Shown: piece after piece, positions 39,120 through 47,363 of the stretch
How the letters are laid out: each line of letters opens with the position of its first letter
Numbering within the stretch: position 1 is the stretch's first letter
Source of the DNA: Nitrospinota bacterium
GTDB taxonomy: Bacteria > Nitrospinota > Nitrospinia > Nitrospinales > VA-1
Length of the DNA stretch: 49,156 bases
Assembly (NCBI GenBank): GCA_014382285.1
Contig: JACNKA010000104.1
Span: forward strand, 1 to 49,156
Direction of reading: 5' to 3'
Program-made: the position numbers and the translations under genes
The notes under the pieces: generated by a model
Database searches by the model: none
What the model saw: only the letters and a program-made list of their open reading frames with translations
What the model was told of the DNA's origin: nothing

Positions 39120-40934
39120 ATGAACGTGCTTGGAATATCTGCGTTCTACCACGACTCGGCGGCGTGCCTGGTGCAAGATGGTGAAATCATTGCGGCGGCG
39201 CAGGAAGAGCGGTTCACCCGCAAGAAACACGATGCATCATTCCCAAAAAACGCGGTGGAGTTCTGCCTGAAGCAGGGAGGCATAAAAACTTCTGACCTGG
39301 ATTATGTTGGTTTTTATGATAAGCCGTTCATCAAGTTTGAGCGCATTCTGGAAACCTATCTGGGCATCGCTCCTAATGGACTTCGGCAGTATTTGTCGGC
39401 GATACCAATTTGGATGAAAGATAAAATATGGACCCGGGCCAATATTCGCAGAGATTTAAACTATAAAGGCCCGGTTCTGTTCGCCGAGCATCATGAGTCG
39501 CACGCCGCCAGTGCATTTTTTCCATCCCCATTTCAGGAGGCCGCTATTCTCACCTTGGATGGGGTTGGGGAATGGGCGACCAGTAGCATTGCCTGCGGCA
39601 AGGGCAATAAGATCGACTTGATGCAGGAGCTTCGCTTTCCGCATTCTCTCGGCCTGCTTTATTCGGCGTTCACCTATTATCTCGGATTCAAAGTCAACAG
39701 CGGTGAGTACAAAGTTATGGGGCTGGCTCCTTATGGCGAACCTAAATATGCAGACCTTATTCTAGATCGCCTGATCGACTTGAAAGAGGACGGCTCTTTT
39801 CGGATGAACATGGAGTACTTCGATTATCTGGGCGGTATGACGATGACCAATGACAAATTCGCCGGGGTGTTGGGCCACCCTGCCCGCAAAGCTGAAACCC
39901 AGCTCACTCAAAGGGAAATGGATATCGCGGCCTCCCTGCAAGCGGTGACAGAAGAAATCATGCTTAAAATGGCGCGTCATATACGCGAACTCACCGGCAT
40001 GAGAAACCTGTGTCTCGCGGGAGGTGTGGCATTAAATTGCGTTGGCAACGGCAAGATTCTCAAGGAAAAAATATTTGAAAATATTTGGATTCAACCGGCG
40101 GCGGGAGATGCGGGGGGAGCCTTGGGCGTGGCGCTCAGTATCTGGCATCAGATGCTGGGAAATGCAAGAACGAGCAACGGCAAAGACTCGATGCGGGGAG
40201 CCTATCTCGGCCCAAAATTTGAAGAAGATGAAATCCGACAATTTTTAGACGGGGAAGGAATCCCCTATAAATATTATAAGGACCCTGAACTGGCTCCAGC
40301 GGTGGCGAAAGATTTGCAATCCGGAAAAGTAGTCGGCTTGTTTCAGGGGCGGATGGAGTTTGGTCCGCGCGCATTGGGGGGGCGGAGCATCATTGGTGAT
40401 CCGAGAAACCCTGAAATGCAATCGACAATGAACTTGAAAATTAAATACCGCGAATCGTTTCGCCCTTTTGCTCCGGCGGTTCTGGCCGAAAAGGTTCAGG
40501 AGTGGTTTGAGATCGATTCCGAGAGTCCTTACATGCTTTTGGTGGCAGGAGTGCGCGAAGATAAACGTCTTCCAATGACTGAGGAGCAAAAGAAATTGTT
40601 TGGCATCGATTTGTTGAACATTCCCCGGTCTGAGATTCCGGCAGTCACGCATGTGGATTACTCGGCTCGCATTCAAACGGTTCACGCGGAAACAAACCCC
40701 AGGTTTTATGCAGTGATTAAAGAATTTGAAAAAGCCACGCAATGCGCAGTATTGATCAACACGTCCTTCAATGTTCGTGGCGAGCCAATTGTATGCACAC
40801 CGGAACAGGCATTCCGCTGCTTCATGCGTACGGGAATGGATACTCTCGTGTTGGAAAATTTTGTGCTCGATAAAAAAGATCAGCAACCCCTCGAAGCAGA
40901 CAGCAACGGGCAGGAAGAATTTGAGTTGGATTAA
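39120..40934 (+). CDS. O-carbamoyltransferase (NodU/CmcH/TobZ family)
   Basis: HDSAA, EERFTRKKH, EHHESHAAS, EYKVMGLA, GGVALN, EFGPRALG, RESFRPFAP and NTSFN motifs. Confidence 0.94.
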   Translation: MNVLGISAFYHDSAACLVQDGEIIAAAQEERFTRKKHDASFPKNAVEFCLKQGGIKTSDLDYVGFYDKPFIKFERILETYLGIAPNGLRQYLSAIPIWMKDKIWTRANIRRDLNYKGPVLFAEHHESHAASAFFPSPFQEAAILTLDGVGEWATSSIACGKGNKIDLMQELRFPHSLGLLYSAFTYYLGFKVNSGEYKVMGLAPYGEPKYADLILDRLIDLKEDGSFRMNMEYFDYLGGMTMTNDKFAGVLGHPARKAETQLTQREMDIAASLQAVTEEIMLKMARHIRELTGMRNLCLAGGVALNCVGNGKILKEKIFENIWIQPAAGDAGGALGVALSIWHQMLGNARTSNGKDSMRGAYLGPKFEEDEIRQFLDGEGIPYKYYKDPELAPAVAKDLQSGKVVGLFQGRMEFGPRALGGRSIIGDPRNPEMQSTMNLKIKYRESFRPFAPAVLAEKVQEWFEIDSESPYMLLVAGVREDKRLPMTEEQKKLFGIDLLNIPRSEIPAVTHVDYSARIQTVHAETNPRFYAVIKEFEKATQCAVLINTSFNVRGEPIVCTPEQAFRCFMRTGMDTLVLENFVLDKKDQQPLEADSNGQEEFELD

Positions 40935-40936
40935 CC

Positions 40937-40984
40937 ACTCGGCGTACCTCTTCGGGGCATGAAACAAGCGAAGGGAATATCACA
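40937..40984 (+). repeat. Repeat family 1, copy 4
   Basis: actcggcgtacctcttcggggcatgaaacaagcgaagggaatatcaca, immediately after the carbamoyltransferase stop. Confidence 0.65.
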
Positions 40985-41050
40985 TGCTGCCAGTGGACAA
41001 CCGCTTTTGCTGGCCCTGATATTGCATGAGTATTCTTAGTCAATGGTTTT

Positions 41051-41122
41051 AACCCCCCTAATCCCCCCTTATCAGGGGGGACATTTAATAGATTCCCCCT
41101 GATAAGGGGGATACAGGGGGTT
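41051..41122. repeat. GC-rich double-hairpin REP-like element, family 2, copy B
   Basis: aacccccctaatccccccttatcagggggga…ttccccctgataagggggatacagggggtt: two hairpins that also form one long inverted repeat. Confidence 0.8.
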
Positions 41123-41167
41123 GCCCTTTGAGAAATACAGGCTTGTTCGTTCTTACCGGGTTTTTTT

Positions 41168-42283
41168 ATGAAGACAAAAAGTTTTATTATCGCTCTGGCT
41201 GTGTTGGCCGTGTACAGCTATGGCTGGAAGGTGACAGAAATAAATGTGGGGGAATTGTTTCGCGATTTTCACCTCGTCAAACCGCTTGTTAAAGAATTGG
41301 TTTCACCTGACCTGTTCACGCGTGAGAAAAAATCACAAATAGTTGAAGCCGAATTCTTCCTTTCCCAAAACCACAGAGAAAATACTCCCCGTGATAATGA
41401 GAGCATGACTCCGATGCTGGTGCTATCCCGTCAGTCCGGTGAAATTTCGGATAGGATAACGGTACATGGCTTCAACCTGAAACCTGCGCAGTCAGGGGTT
41501 TTGTATTGGGTCAATGCTATCGAGCAGGAGTTTCCATTGGGAACTTTTGCCACGGATTCGTCCGGCGCATTTCAGGGGAATATCATCGTGCCACCCAGCG
41601 CACGCGGTCTGCGTCAGACTGTGAAGGCGGTAATAAGTTGGGAGGAGGGCGCCTGGCAGATCAGCGATACACTTAGCCTGACCTTTGAAAAAATGGTGGA
41701 AACGGTTTTTCTGGCGTTGATGGCGACGACCTTTGGTGTGCTGGTGGCGGTGCCTTTAAGCTTTCTCGGTGCCCGGAATCTTATGACGGGAAGTCGGGCG
41801 GGTACCTTTGTATATTATGTAGTGCGTACCGGGCTGAATATTTTGCGATCGATAGAGCCGTTGATCATGGCGATCCTGTTTGTGGTCTGGGTGGGCATTG
41901 GTCCGTTTGCCGGAGTGCTGGCGTTGGGGTTGCACTCCGTTGCGGCTTTAGGGAAATTGTTTTCGGAACAGATCGAGTGCATTGATCCGGGTCCGGTAGA
42001 GGCGGTCACTGCTGTTGGAGCTAAACCGGTGCAGGTGGTTTTTTTTGGTGTATTGCCGCAAGTGATCCTGCCGTTCATGGCTCTCAGTTTTTACCGCTGG
42101 GATATTAATGTGCGCATGTCCACCATTATTGGTTTCGTTGGTGGAGGAGGGATTGGTTTTTTACTGCAACAATGGATCAACCTGCTCAAATACAACGAAG
42201 CCGGGACAGCGTTACTGGCTATCGCCATTGTGGTTATCACGCTCGATACCCTGAGCTCAAAAATTCGCGCCCGGGTTCGGTAG
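41168..42283 (+). CDS. phnE: Phosphonate/phosphite ABC transporter permease with an inserted periplasmic domain
   Basis: MVETVFLA, LRSIEPL, GLHSVAALGKLFSEQIE, EAA-type loop and YRWDINVRMSTIIGFVGGGGIG. Confidence 0.88.
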   Translation: MKTKSFIIALAVLAVYSYGWKVTEINVGELFRDFHLVKPLVKELVSPDLFTREKKSQIVEAEFFLSQNHRENTPRDNESMTPMLVLSRQSGEISDRITVHGFNLKPAQSGVLYWVNAIEQEFPLGTFATDSSGAFQGNIIVPPSARGLRQTVKAVISWEEGAWQISDTLSLTFEKMVETVFLALMATTFGVLVAVPLSFLGARNLMTGSRAGTFVYYVVRTGLNILRSIEPLIMAILFVVWVGIGPFAGVLALGLHSVAALGKLFSEQIECIDPGPVEAVTAVGAKPVQVVFFGVLPQVILPFMALSFYRWDINVRMSTIIGFVGGGGIGFLLQQWINLLKYNEAGTALLAIAIVVITLDTLSSKIRARVR

Positions 42284-42408
42284 CGGTGGGGTGATTTCGC
42301 GCTACGATGGATGAAAAATTTAAAAAGCTTGCTTCCGGGATAAACCAACGTTTAAATAGAAGATAATAGATATAGACTGTAGTCGCATTGAATTGGAAAG
42401 GAGGAAAT

Positions 42409-42864
42409 GTGGACACTCTTAGAAAATTTTTGAGCGGAACCATTCATACCGTTTCAGAGAGCTCTATGGTTCAAGACGCTATCGATAGATTCAGTTCTCA
42501 TAAAGCCACCGCGTGTTTGGTTGAAAAGAATGGTGAATACATTGGTATTATTACTAGAGAGGATGTCATCCATAAAGTCACGGGCAAAAAAGATTCGAAA
42601 TCCACACCCACTGCTGACATTATGTCTGCACCTATTTATACCGTCGATATCAATATGTCAAAAGCGGATGGCTGCATCATGATGTCGAAACAAGAACGAC
42701 GGCATCTGGTGCTTGAAGAGAATGGTTCTATCGTGGGTATTGTGTCGGTGAGGGACATGGTTCCCGAGGAGATGATCACCTCTTCTCGTACAGGAGCTGA
42801 GCTGTTTGTTAAAGTGGGGAATTATGGCGATCAGCTTCTTAAAGACGAAAAGGCTCAGGGGTGA
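42409..42864 (+). CDS. CBS-pair domain protein
   Basis: AAGGAGG RBS and GTG start; GIITRED, ADIMSAPIYTV, RRHLV and GIVSVRD motifs. Confidence 0.88.
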   Translation: MDTLRKFLSGTIHTVSESSMVQDAIDRFSSHKATACLVEKNGEYIGIITREDVIHKVTGKKDSKSTPTADIMSAPIYTVDINMSKADGCIMMSKQERRHLVLEENGSIVGIVSVRDMVPEEMITSSRTGAELFVKVGNYGDQLLKDEKAQG

Positions 42865-42917
42865 CTCGCTCTGGTTTTGATGTTGACAGGTTAACTCAAT
42901 AGAAATGGAAAAATTAA

Positions 42918-43409
42918 ATGAAACTTGATGCTCAAATTCTAGCGAAAATCGTGGGGCAGGTGAAAGTATCTGTTTCAAGAAAGCTCACCAGTATCTGCCA
43001 GGAGGAGGTCAAATTTGAGAGAGTCACCAAGGAGTTTACTAACAACCTGGTGGGAATCGTGTCTTTTATTGGCGATGTGAGTTTTATTCTTCTGATCATG
43101 CTGACTGATGAACATATCAGGAAGATATCCTCCAAATTCGTAGGTGTTGAAATGGACAGCAGCAGCGATGATATTGGCGACTTGACCAGTGAAATCGCCA
43201 ACATCGTTTTTGGTGATATCGACATGGACTTAAAAACGATTGATCTTCGCACAGAGCGCTCCCTGCCAACCATCCTCAAAGGCAAGGACATGCAACCGGT
43301 ATTGCGTAAAAAGGCTCCCTCCATCATTCTTTCTTTCGGGAAAGATAATATCCTGGTGGAGATGATTGGCGCTACCGATGATTCTCTGCACAAAAAACCG
43401 GGATCATAA
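42918..43409 (+). CDS. CheX-like chemotaxis phosphatase
   Basis: GIVSFIGD, ExxN motif (SEIANIVFG) and SLPTILKG. Confidence 0.75.
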   Translation: MKLDAQILAKIVGQVKVSVSRKLTSICQEEVKFERVTKEFTNNLVGIVSFIGDVSFILLIMLTDEHIRKISSKFVGVEMDSSSDDIGDLTSEIANIVFGDIDMDLKTIDLRTERSLPTILKGKDMQPVLRKKAPSIILSFGKDNILVEMIGATDDSLHKKPGS

Positions 43410-43424
43410 AATAGCTCTATTCTG

Positions 43425-44129
43425 CTATTTCCTTTTTTTGTGAGGAGCCAGGTGGTTGAATATTTTTATGAATTGTTTTCCGGATTCAGGAATTTCTCCG
43501 GCCTGATTGGAAAGCAGGATGTTCTCTGCCGTCAATGGCTTGCCATAGTATGCTTGGTTGGCATCCACGTCGGAAGTGATGACGGTGCCTTTCACGGAAA
43601 CCCCGCCAAAAATGCCCTTGCTTCTGGAGTAGGAATAAATTTCTCCCTGCATGAAGACATCGGCTGATGCTTCTGCATGACGGCCAACAGGTCCCACCGC
43701 CAGAGCGATGTCTCCACCCAGCGTGAACTTTTCGCTGAGTAGCCCTTCTAGTCCCCTTTGCGTCATGACGAGCAGAATCAGGTCTACCGCTTCTGCTCCA
43801 AACTGAAACCCGAAACTACCGCCAGCGGTATAAAGAAAAGCCGGGGCACCCCATTCCCCGTTGTCTTCGGAGCGTACCGAGGCAAACCCTTTACCGTATC
43901 GTGCGCCGACAAAAAAACCCGCTTTCACCATGGTGGGAAAGACAATGATAGCCTTGGCTTTGGCGATCAACTTTGCCGGTATATTATGGTCGGGAGAATT
44001 CTGGATTTCTTCCAAAACGAGTTGTCCGGTTCGCAGCAATTTTCGTTGTTGGGCTCCATCGGGGCTCTGGGCCAAAAGTGTGGATGCGAAAAACAGAGTA
44101 AAAATGATACTGAGGGTGAGGCTTTTCAT
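43425..44129 (-). CDS. Secreted SYLF/Ysc84 lipid-binding domain protein
   Basis: Signal peptide; KAGFFVGARYGKG, GGSFGFQFG, YSYSRSKGIFGG and NQAYYG motifs. Confidence 0.9.
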   Translation of the reverse strand: MKSLTLSIIFTLFFASTLLAQSPDGAQQRKLLRTGQLVLEEIQNSPDHNIPAKLIAKAKAIIVFPTMVKAGFFVGARYGKGFASVRSEDNGEWGAPAFLYTAGGSFGFQFGAEAVDLILLVMTQRGLEGLLSEKFTLGGDIALAVGPVGRHAEASADVFMQGEIYSYSRSKGIFGGVSVKGTVITSDVDANQAYYGKPLTAENILLSNQAGEIPESGKQFIKIFNHLAPHKKRK

Positions 44130-44289
44130 ATGGGCTCCAATTATATTCACTGTATCTACTATAAAGGAAGTCAGTCGTATAATTCAACCTCGTTGAAAGG
44201 GGAAGCATGAAGAGGCACAAGTTGCATATTTTGACTGCACCTGAATTTAATTTTGCGCTTTTGAAATTGTGCCCGTACCATGCACGATC

Positions 44290-46275
44290 ATGACATCAAA
44301 GCGGGTGGACAATTATCTGGGAAAAGAGGGGGCCCTGTCTTCGGGGGTGGAGGGATTTGAGTTTCGTCATCAGCAAATGGATATGGCGGTAGCGGTGGAG
44401 GGCGCATTTGATAATGCCAAACACTTGATCGTGGAGGCAGGAACTGGGACAGGCAAAAGCCTGGCCTACCTCATCCCGGCTATTTTATGGGCCGTAGAAA
44501 ATAACAAGAAAGTGGTCATCTCCACTTATACCAAGACGCTACAGCATCAGATTCTCAATCACGACATCCCTTTTCTTCGCGATAAGTTGGGAATTGCCTT
44601 TCGCTACGCCCTCTGTATGGGCAACGAAAACTACCTGTCGCTCAGAAGGTTGAAACGATCGGCCCAGGCGGGACTGTTCACTCAGTCCGATGAGGAAAAC
44701 CAGTGGGAAGGCATTTTCAACTGGGCCGGAGAGACAGAGACCGGGTTCCGCAGTGACTTGCCTTTTGAGGTGCTTCCTCAGGTGTGGGAAGAAGTGGGGC
44801 GGCAGAAGGATCTGTGTCTGGGAAAAAATTGCGAAACTCATTCGTCCTGCTTTTATTTTAAGGCACGCAAGAAATGGTTCGGCGCCCATCTTTTAATTGT
44901 TAATCACCATTTATTTTTTGCCAACGTTGCCAACGCTGGAGCAGTGCTCCCGGCTTTCGATGCAGTGGTTTTTGACGAGGCCCAGAATCTGGAAGAAGCG
45001 GCCACCCAGTTTTTAGGGTTGGAAATTTCCAACTCCAGCTTGATCTATTTCCTCGACCGATTGCATAACCCGCGCACCAGGCGGGGGTTGCTGACCCGTA
45101 TTGATCATGATTCGGTGCCGCACCTGCGCAAGTTGGTGATGGCAGCACGTCAGGCAGCGGATGTTTTTTTTAATCAACTGCTGGAAGAGTATGGGACGAA
45201 CGACCGGGTCCTGCGATTTTATAAACCGCCGGTGTTGGATAACGGTTTGTACGTTCCGCTCGAGGCTCTGCGGGAGGCATTGAAATCTCTGGAAGGAGGT
45301 CTGCACTCAGAAGAAGATCGTGTCGATGCTTCGTCTGCCGCCGAGCGTTGTTTTGAGTTCAATAACGCTTTGTCTGCCATTCTCAACCAGCATATGCGCG
45401 GATATGTTTACTGGTTGGAAATCACTCCGAGAAAACGCTTTCACCGTGTGGTCTTGCGCGGGGTTCCCATTCATGTGGCGGAAGAACTGCATGCGCAGGT
45501 GTTCGAGAAAATTGACCGCATTGTTATGACCTCGGCCACACTGACCACTTCCAAAGGATTCGGATTTATTAAAGAACGCATCGGTTATCAGCCGGATGAG
45601 GAGTTGTCCCTGGATGCACCTTTTAATTACCCCAGTCAGGCTATGCTCTATGTTCCTGCTGACCTCCCTGAGCCGGGAGATGAGGCGGGAATTTATGTGG
45701 AGGGTATTTCTAATCGGTGCCGCGAACTGGTAGAGGCTTCTGGTGGCAAAACTTTTATATTGTTCACCAGTTACGCGCTGCTCAATCAGGTTTATGAAAA
45801 GCTGGATGGATTGCGGTTTCCGCTTATCCGGCAGGGAGAGATGCCCACCGTCCAGATGATAAAAAAGTTTAAAGAGAAGCCTTCAGTGATTTTTGGCACC
45901 AACTCTTTCTGGCAGGGGGTGGATATACCCGGGGACGCGTTGCAAAGCGTCATCATCACCAAACTGCCCTTTGACGTTCCTAAGGAACCGTTGACGGAAG
46001 CCCGCATTGAAGAATTGCGTCGACAACATATCGACCCGTTCAGGCACTACCAGATTCCGCGGGCGATTATTCAATTGAAGCAGGGATTTGGCAGGTTGAT
46101 TCGCAAAAAGACCGACACGGGTGTTGTTTCTATTCTTGATTCTCGTATAAGTCGGCGGGGTTATGGAAAGCAGTTCATCGCCTCGTTACCTCCCTGTCCG
46201 GTTGTGACAGACCTGGAGGCGGTCCGGAATTTTTTTGCACTCAACATGTCCGGGCAACATGGCAATGAACAATAA
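44290..46275 (+). CDS. DinG/YoaA-family DNA helicase
   Basis: Q motif, EAGTGTGKS, NHHL, DEAQ, SATL, FTSY, FWQGVD and QGFGRLIR motifs. Confidence 0.93.
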   Translation: MTSKRVDNYLGKEGALSSGVEGFEFRHQQMDMAVAVEGAFDNAKHLIVEAGTGTGKSLAYLIPAILWAVENNKKVVISTYTKTLQHQILNHDIPFLRDKLGIAFRYALCMGNENYLSLRRLKRSAQAGLFTQSDEENQWEGIFNWAGETETGFRSDLPFEVLPQVWEEVGRQKDLCLGKNCETHSSCFYFKARKKWFGAHLLIVNHHLFFANVANAGAVLPAFDAVVFDEAQNLEEAATQFLGLEISNSSLIYFLDRLHNPRTRRGLLTRIDHDSVPHLRKLVMAARQAADVFFNQLLEEYGTNDRVLRFYKPPVLDNGLYVPLEALREALKSLEGGLHSEEDRVDASSAAERCFEFNNALSAILNQHMRGYVYWLEITPRKRFHRVVLRGVPIHVAEELHAQVFEKIDRIVMTSATLTTSKGFGFIKERIGYQPDEELSLDAPFNYPSQAMLYVPADLPEPGDEAGIYVEGISNRCRELVEASGGKTFILFTSYALLNQVYEKLDGLRFPLIRQGEMPTVQMIKKFKEKPSVIFGTNSFWQGVDIPGDALQSVIITKLPFDVPKEPLTEARIEELRRQHIDPFRHYQIPRAIIQLKQGFGRLIRKKTDTGVVSILDSRISRRGYGKQFIASLPPCPVVTDLEAVRNFFALNMSGQHGNEQ

Positions 46276-46291
46276 CTTTAGTGATGGCAAG

Positions 46292-47251
46292 TCATGGGAC
46301 GATCGGCGCAAATTGAGGGGTGTAAACGAAGTTGGCTTGAATGGATAACTTCTCCCTTTGAATGGTTGTGGGGAAGGGATAAAAGGGGGCTGCTTCCTTC
46401 ACGGCTTTGAGTGCGGCCACATCCAGAATTTCATAGCCTGACCTATCCATCAGGCGAACTCCAAGAAGGTTGCCGTCCTTGGAAATCCTGAAAGTTAAGG
46501 TGAGATCACCGCTGATGCCACGTTCTGCCGCCTCGGTGGGGTAAATCCAGACGCGTTCGATCTGGTGCTTGATCCTCGCGAAATAAGAGGCGTATTTAAC
46601 TTCTGTCGTATCAAGAGAAACCGGTTCGTCATCGTCGATGTTTTCAAGGTCTTCTGTATTGAGTGATGCGAAGGGTTCTGGGTCAAACCCGTCCAGAAGA
46701 GCCAGAGAATTGCCAATGCCCGCTTTGGGGTTGGCGGATGATGTTGACGGTTGGGGTTTTTCCTTGCTAAGGGACTTATACTTTCCAATATCTGATTCGG
46801 GTAGAAGTCTTTTTCTCGGCTTGATTGAGGCTCGTTTCTGAGGTTTGTCGGCGGTTTTCTTTTCTCGAACGGGCGCAGTACTTGTTTTGCCTGCCGACCC
46901 TTTCGATTTTGGCACCATGGTTTTTTTGCGCTGATAAGTTTTTGCAGTTTTCTTTGCGGTGTTGGAATGGGATCGGCTGTCATATTTTGCCAGTAGCTCT
47001 TTGGTCCGGGCTTTCTCGGTTTTTTTGGGTGGTGTGGGTGTGTCAATGATTTGACCCGTTTTCGCGGCCTTGGTTTTCTCCGGTTCGATGTACTTCACCT
47101 GAATAGGAGGAGGGCCCTTTATTTTTTCTTCATGGGTAGGGAGAGCCATATGGACGATCACCGTTGTCAGATGAATGCCCAGCGATACAAGGATAAACCC
47201 GGATAATCGGGTTCGGTTCAATAAACTATTTTTTGACCACGTATTTGACAT
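46292..47251 (-). CDS. TonB-family energy transducer
   Basis: N-terminal TM with S-x3-H (VSLGIH), K/P/T-rich linker and TonB_C domain (WIYP…A…GISG, SGYEILD, AAPF). Confidence 0.88.
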   Translation of the reverse strand: MSNTWSKNSLLNRTRLSGFILVSLGIHLTTVIVHMALPTHEEKIKGPPPIQVKYIEPEKTKAAKTGQIIDTPTPPKKTEKARTKELLAKYDSRSHSNTAKKTAKTYQRKKTMVPKSKGSAGKTSTAPVREKKTADKPQKRASIKPRKRLLPESDIGKYKSLSKEKPQPSTSSANPKAGIGNSLALLDGFDPEPFASLNTEDLENIDDDEPVSLDTTEVKYASYFARIKHQIERVWIYPTEAAERGISGDLTLTFRISKDGNLLGVRLMDRSGYEILDVAALKAVKEAAPFYPFPTTIQREKLSIQANFVYTPQFAPIVP

Positions 47252-47363
47252 TTTCGGCTTGGTTTGTCTGCATGCTTAAAATTTAGTGCATAGCAGCTAT
47301 ATTATAGCGTTATTTTTGGTTTGCAGAAAGCAGGTTTGCGGATGATGCCCGCAGTTATTCCCG

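Noticed and set aside
44213-44226. Sigma-54-like GGCACAAGTTGCA upstream of dinG
   Set aside because: The GG-to-GC spacing is 8, not the required 10.
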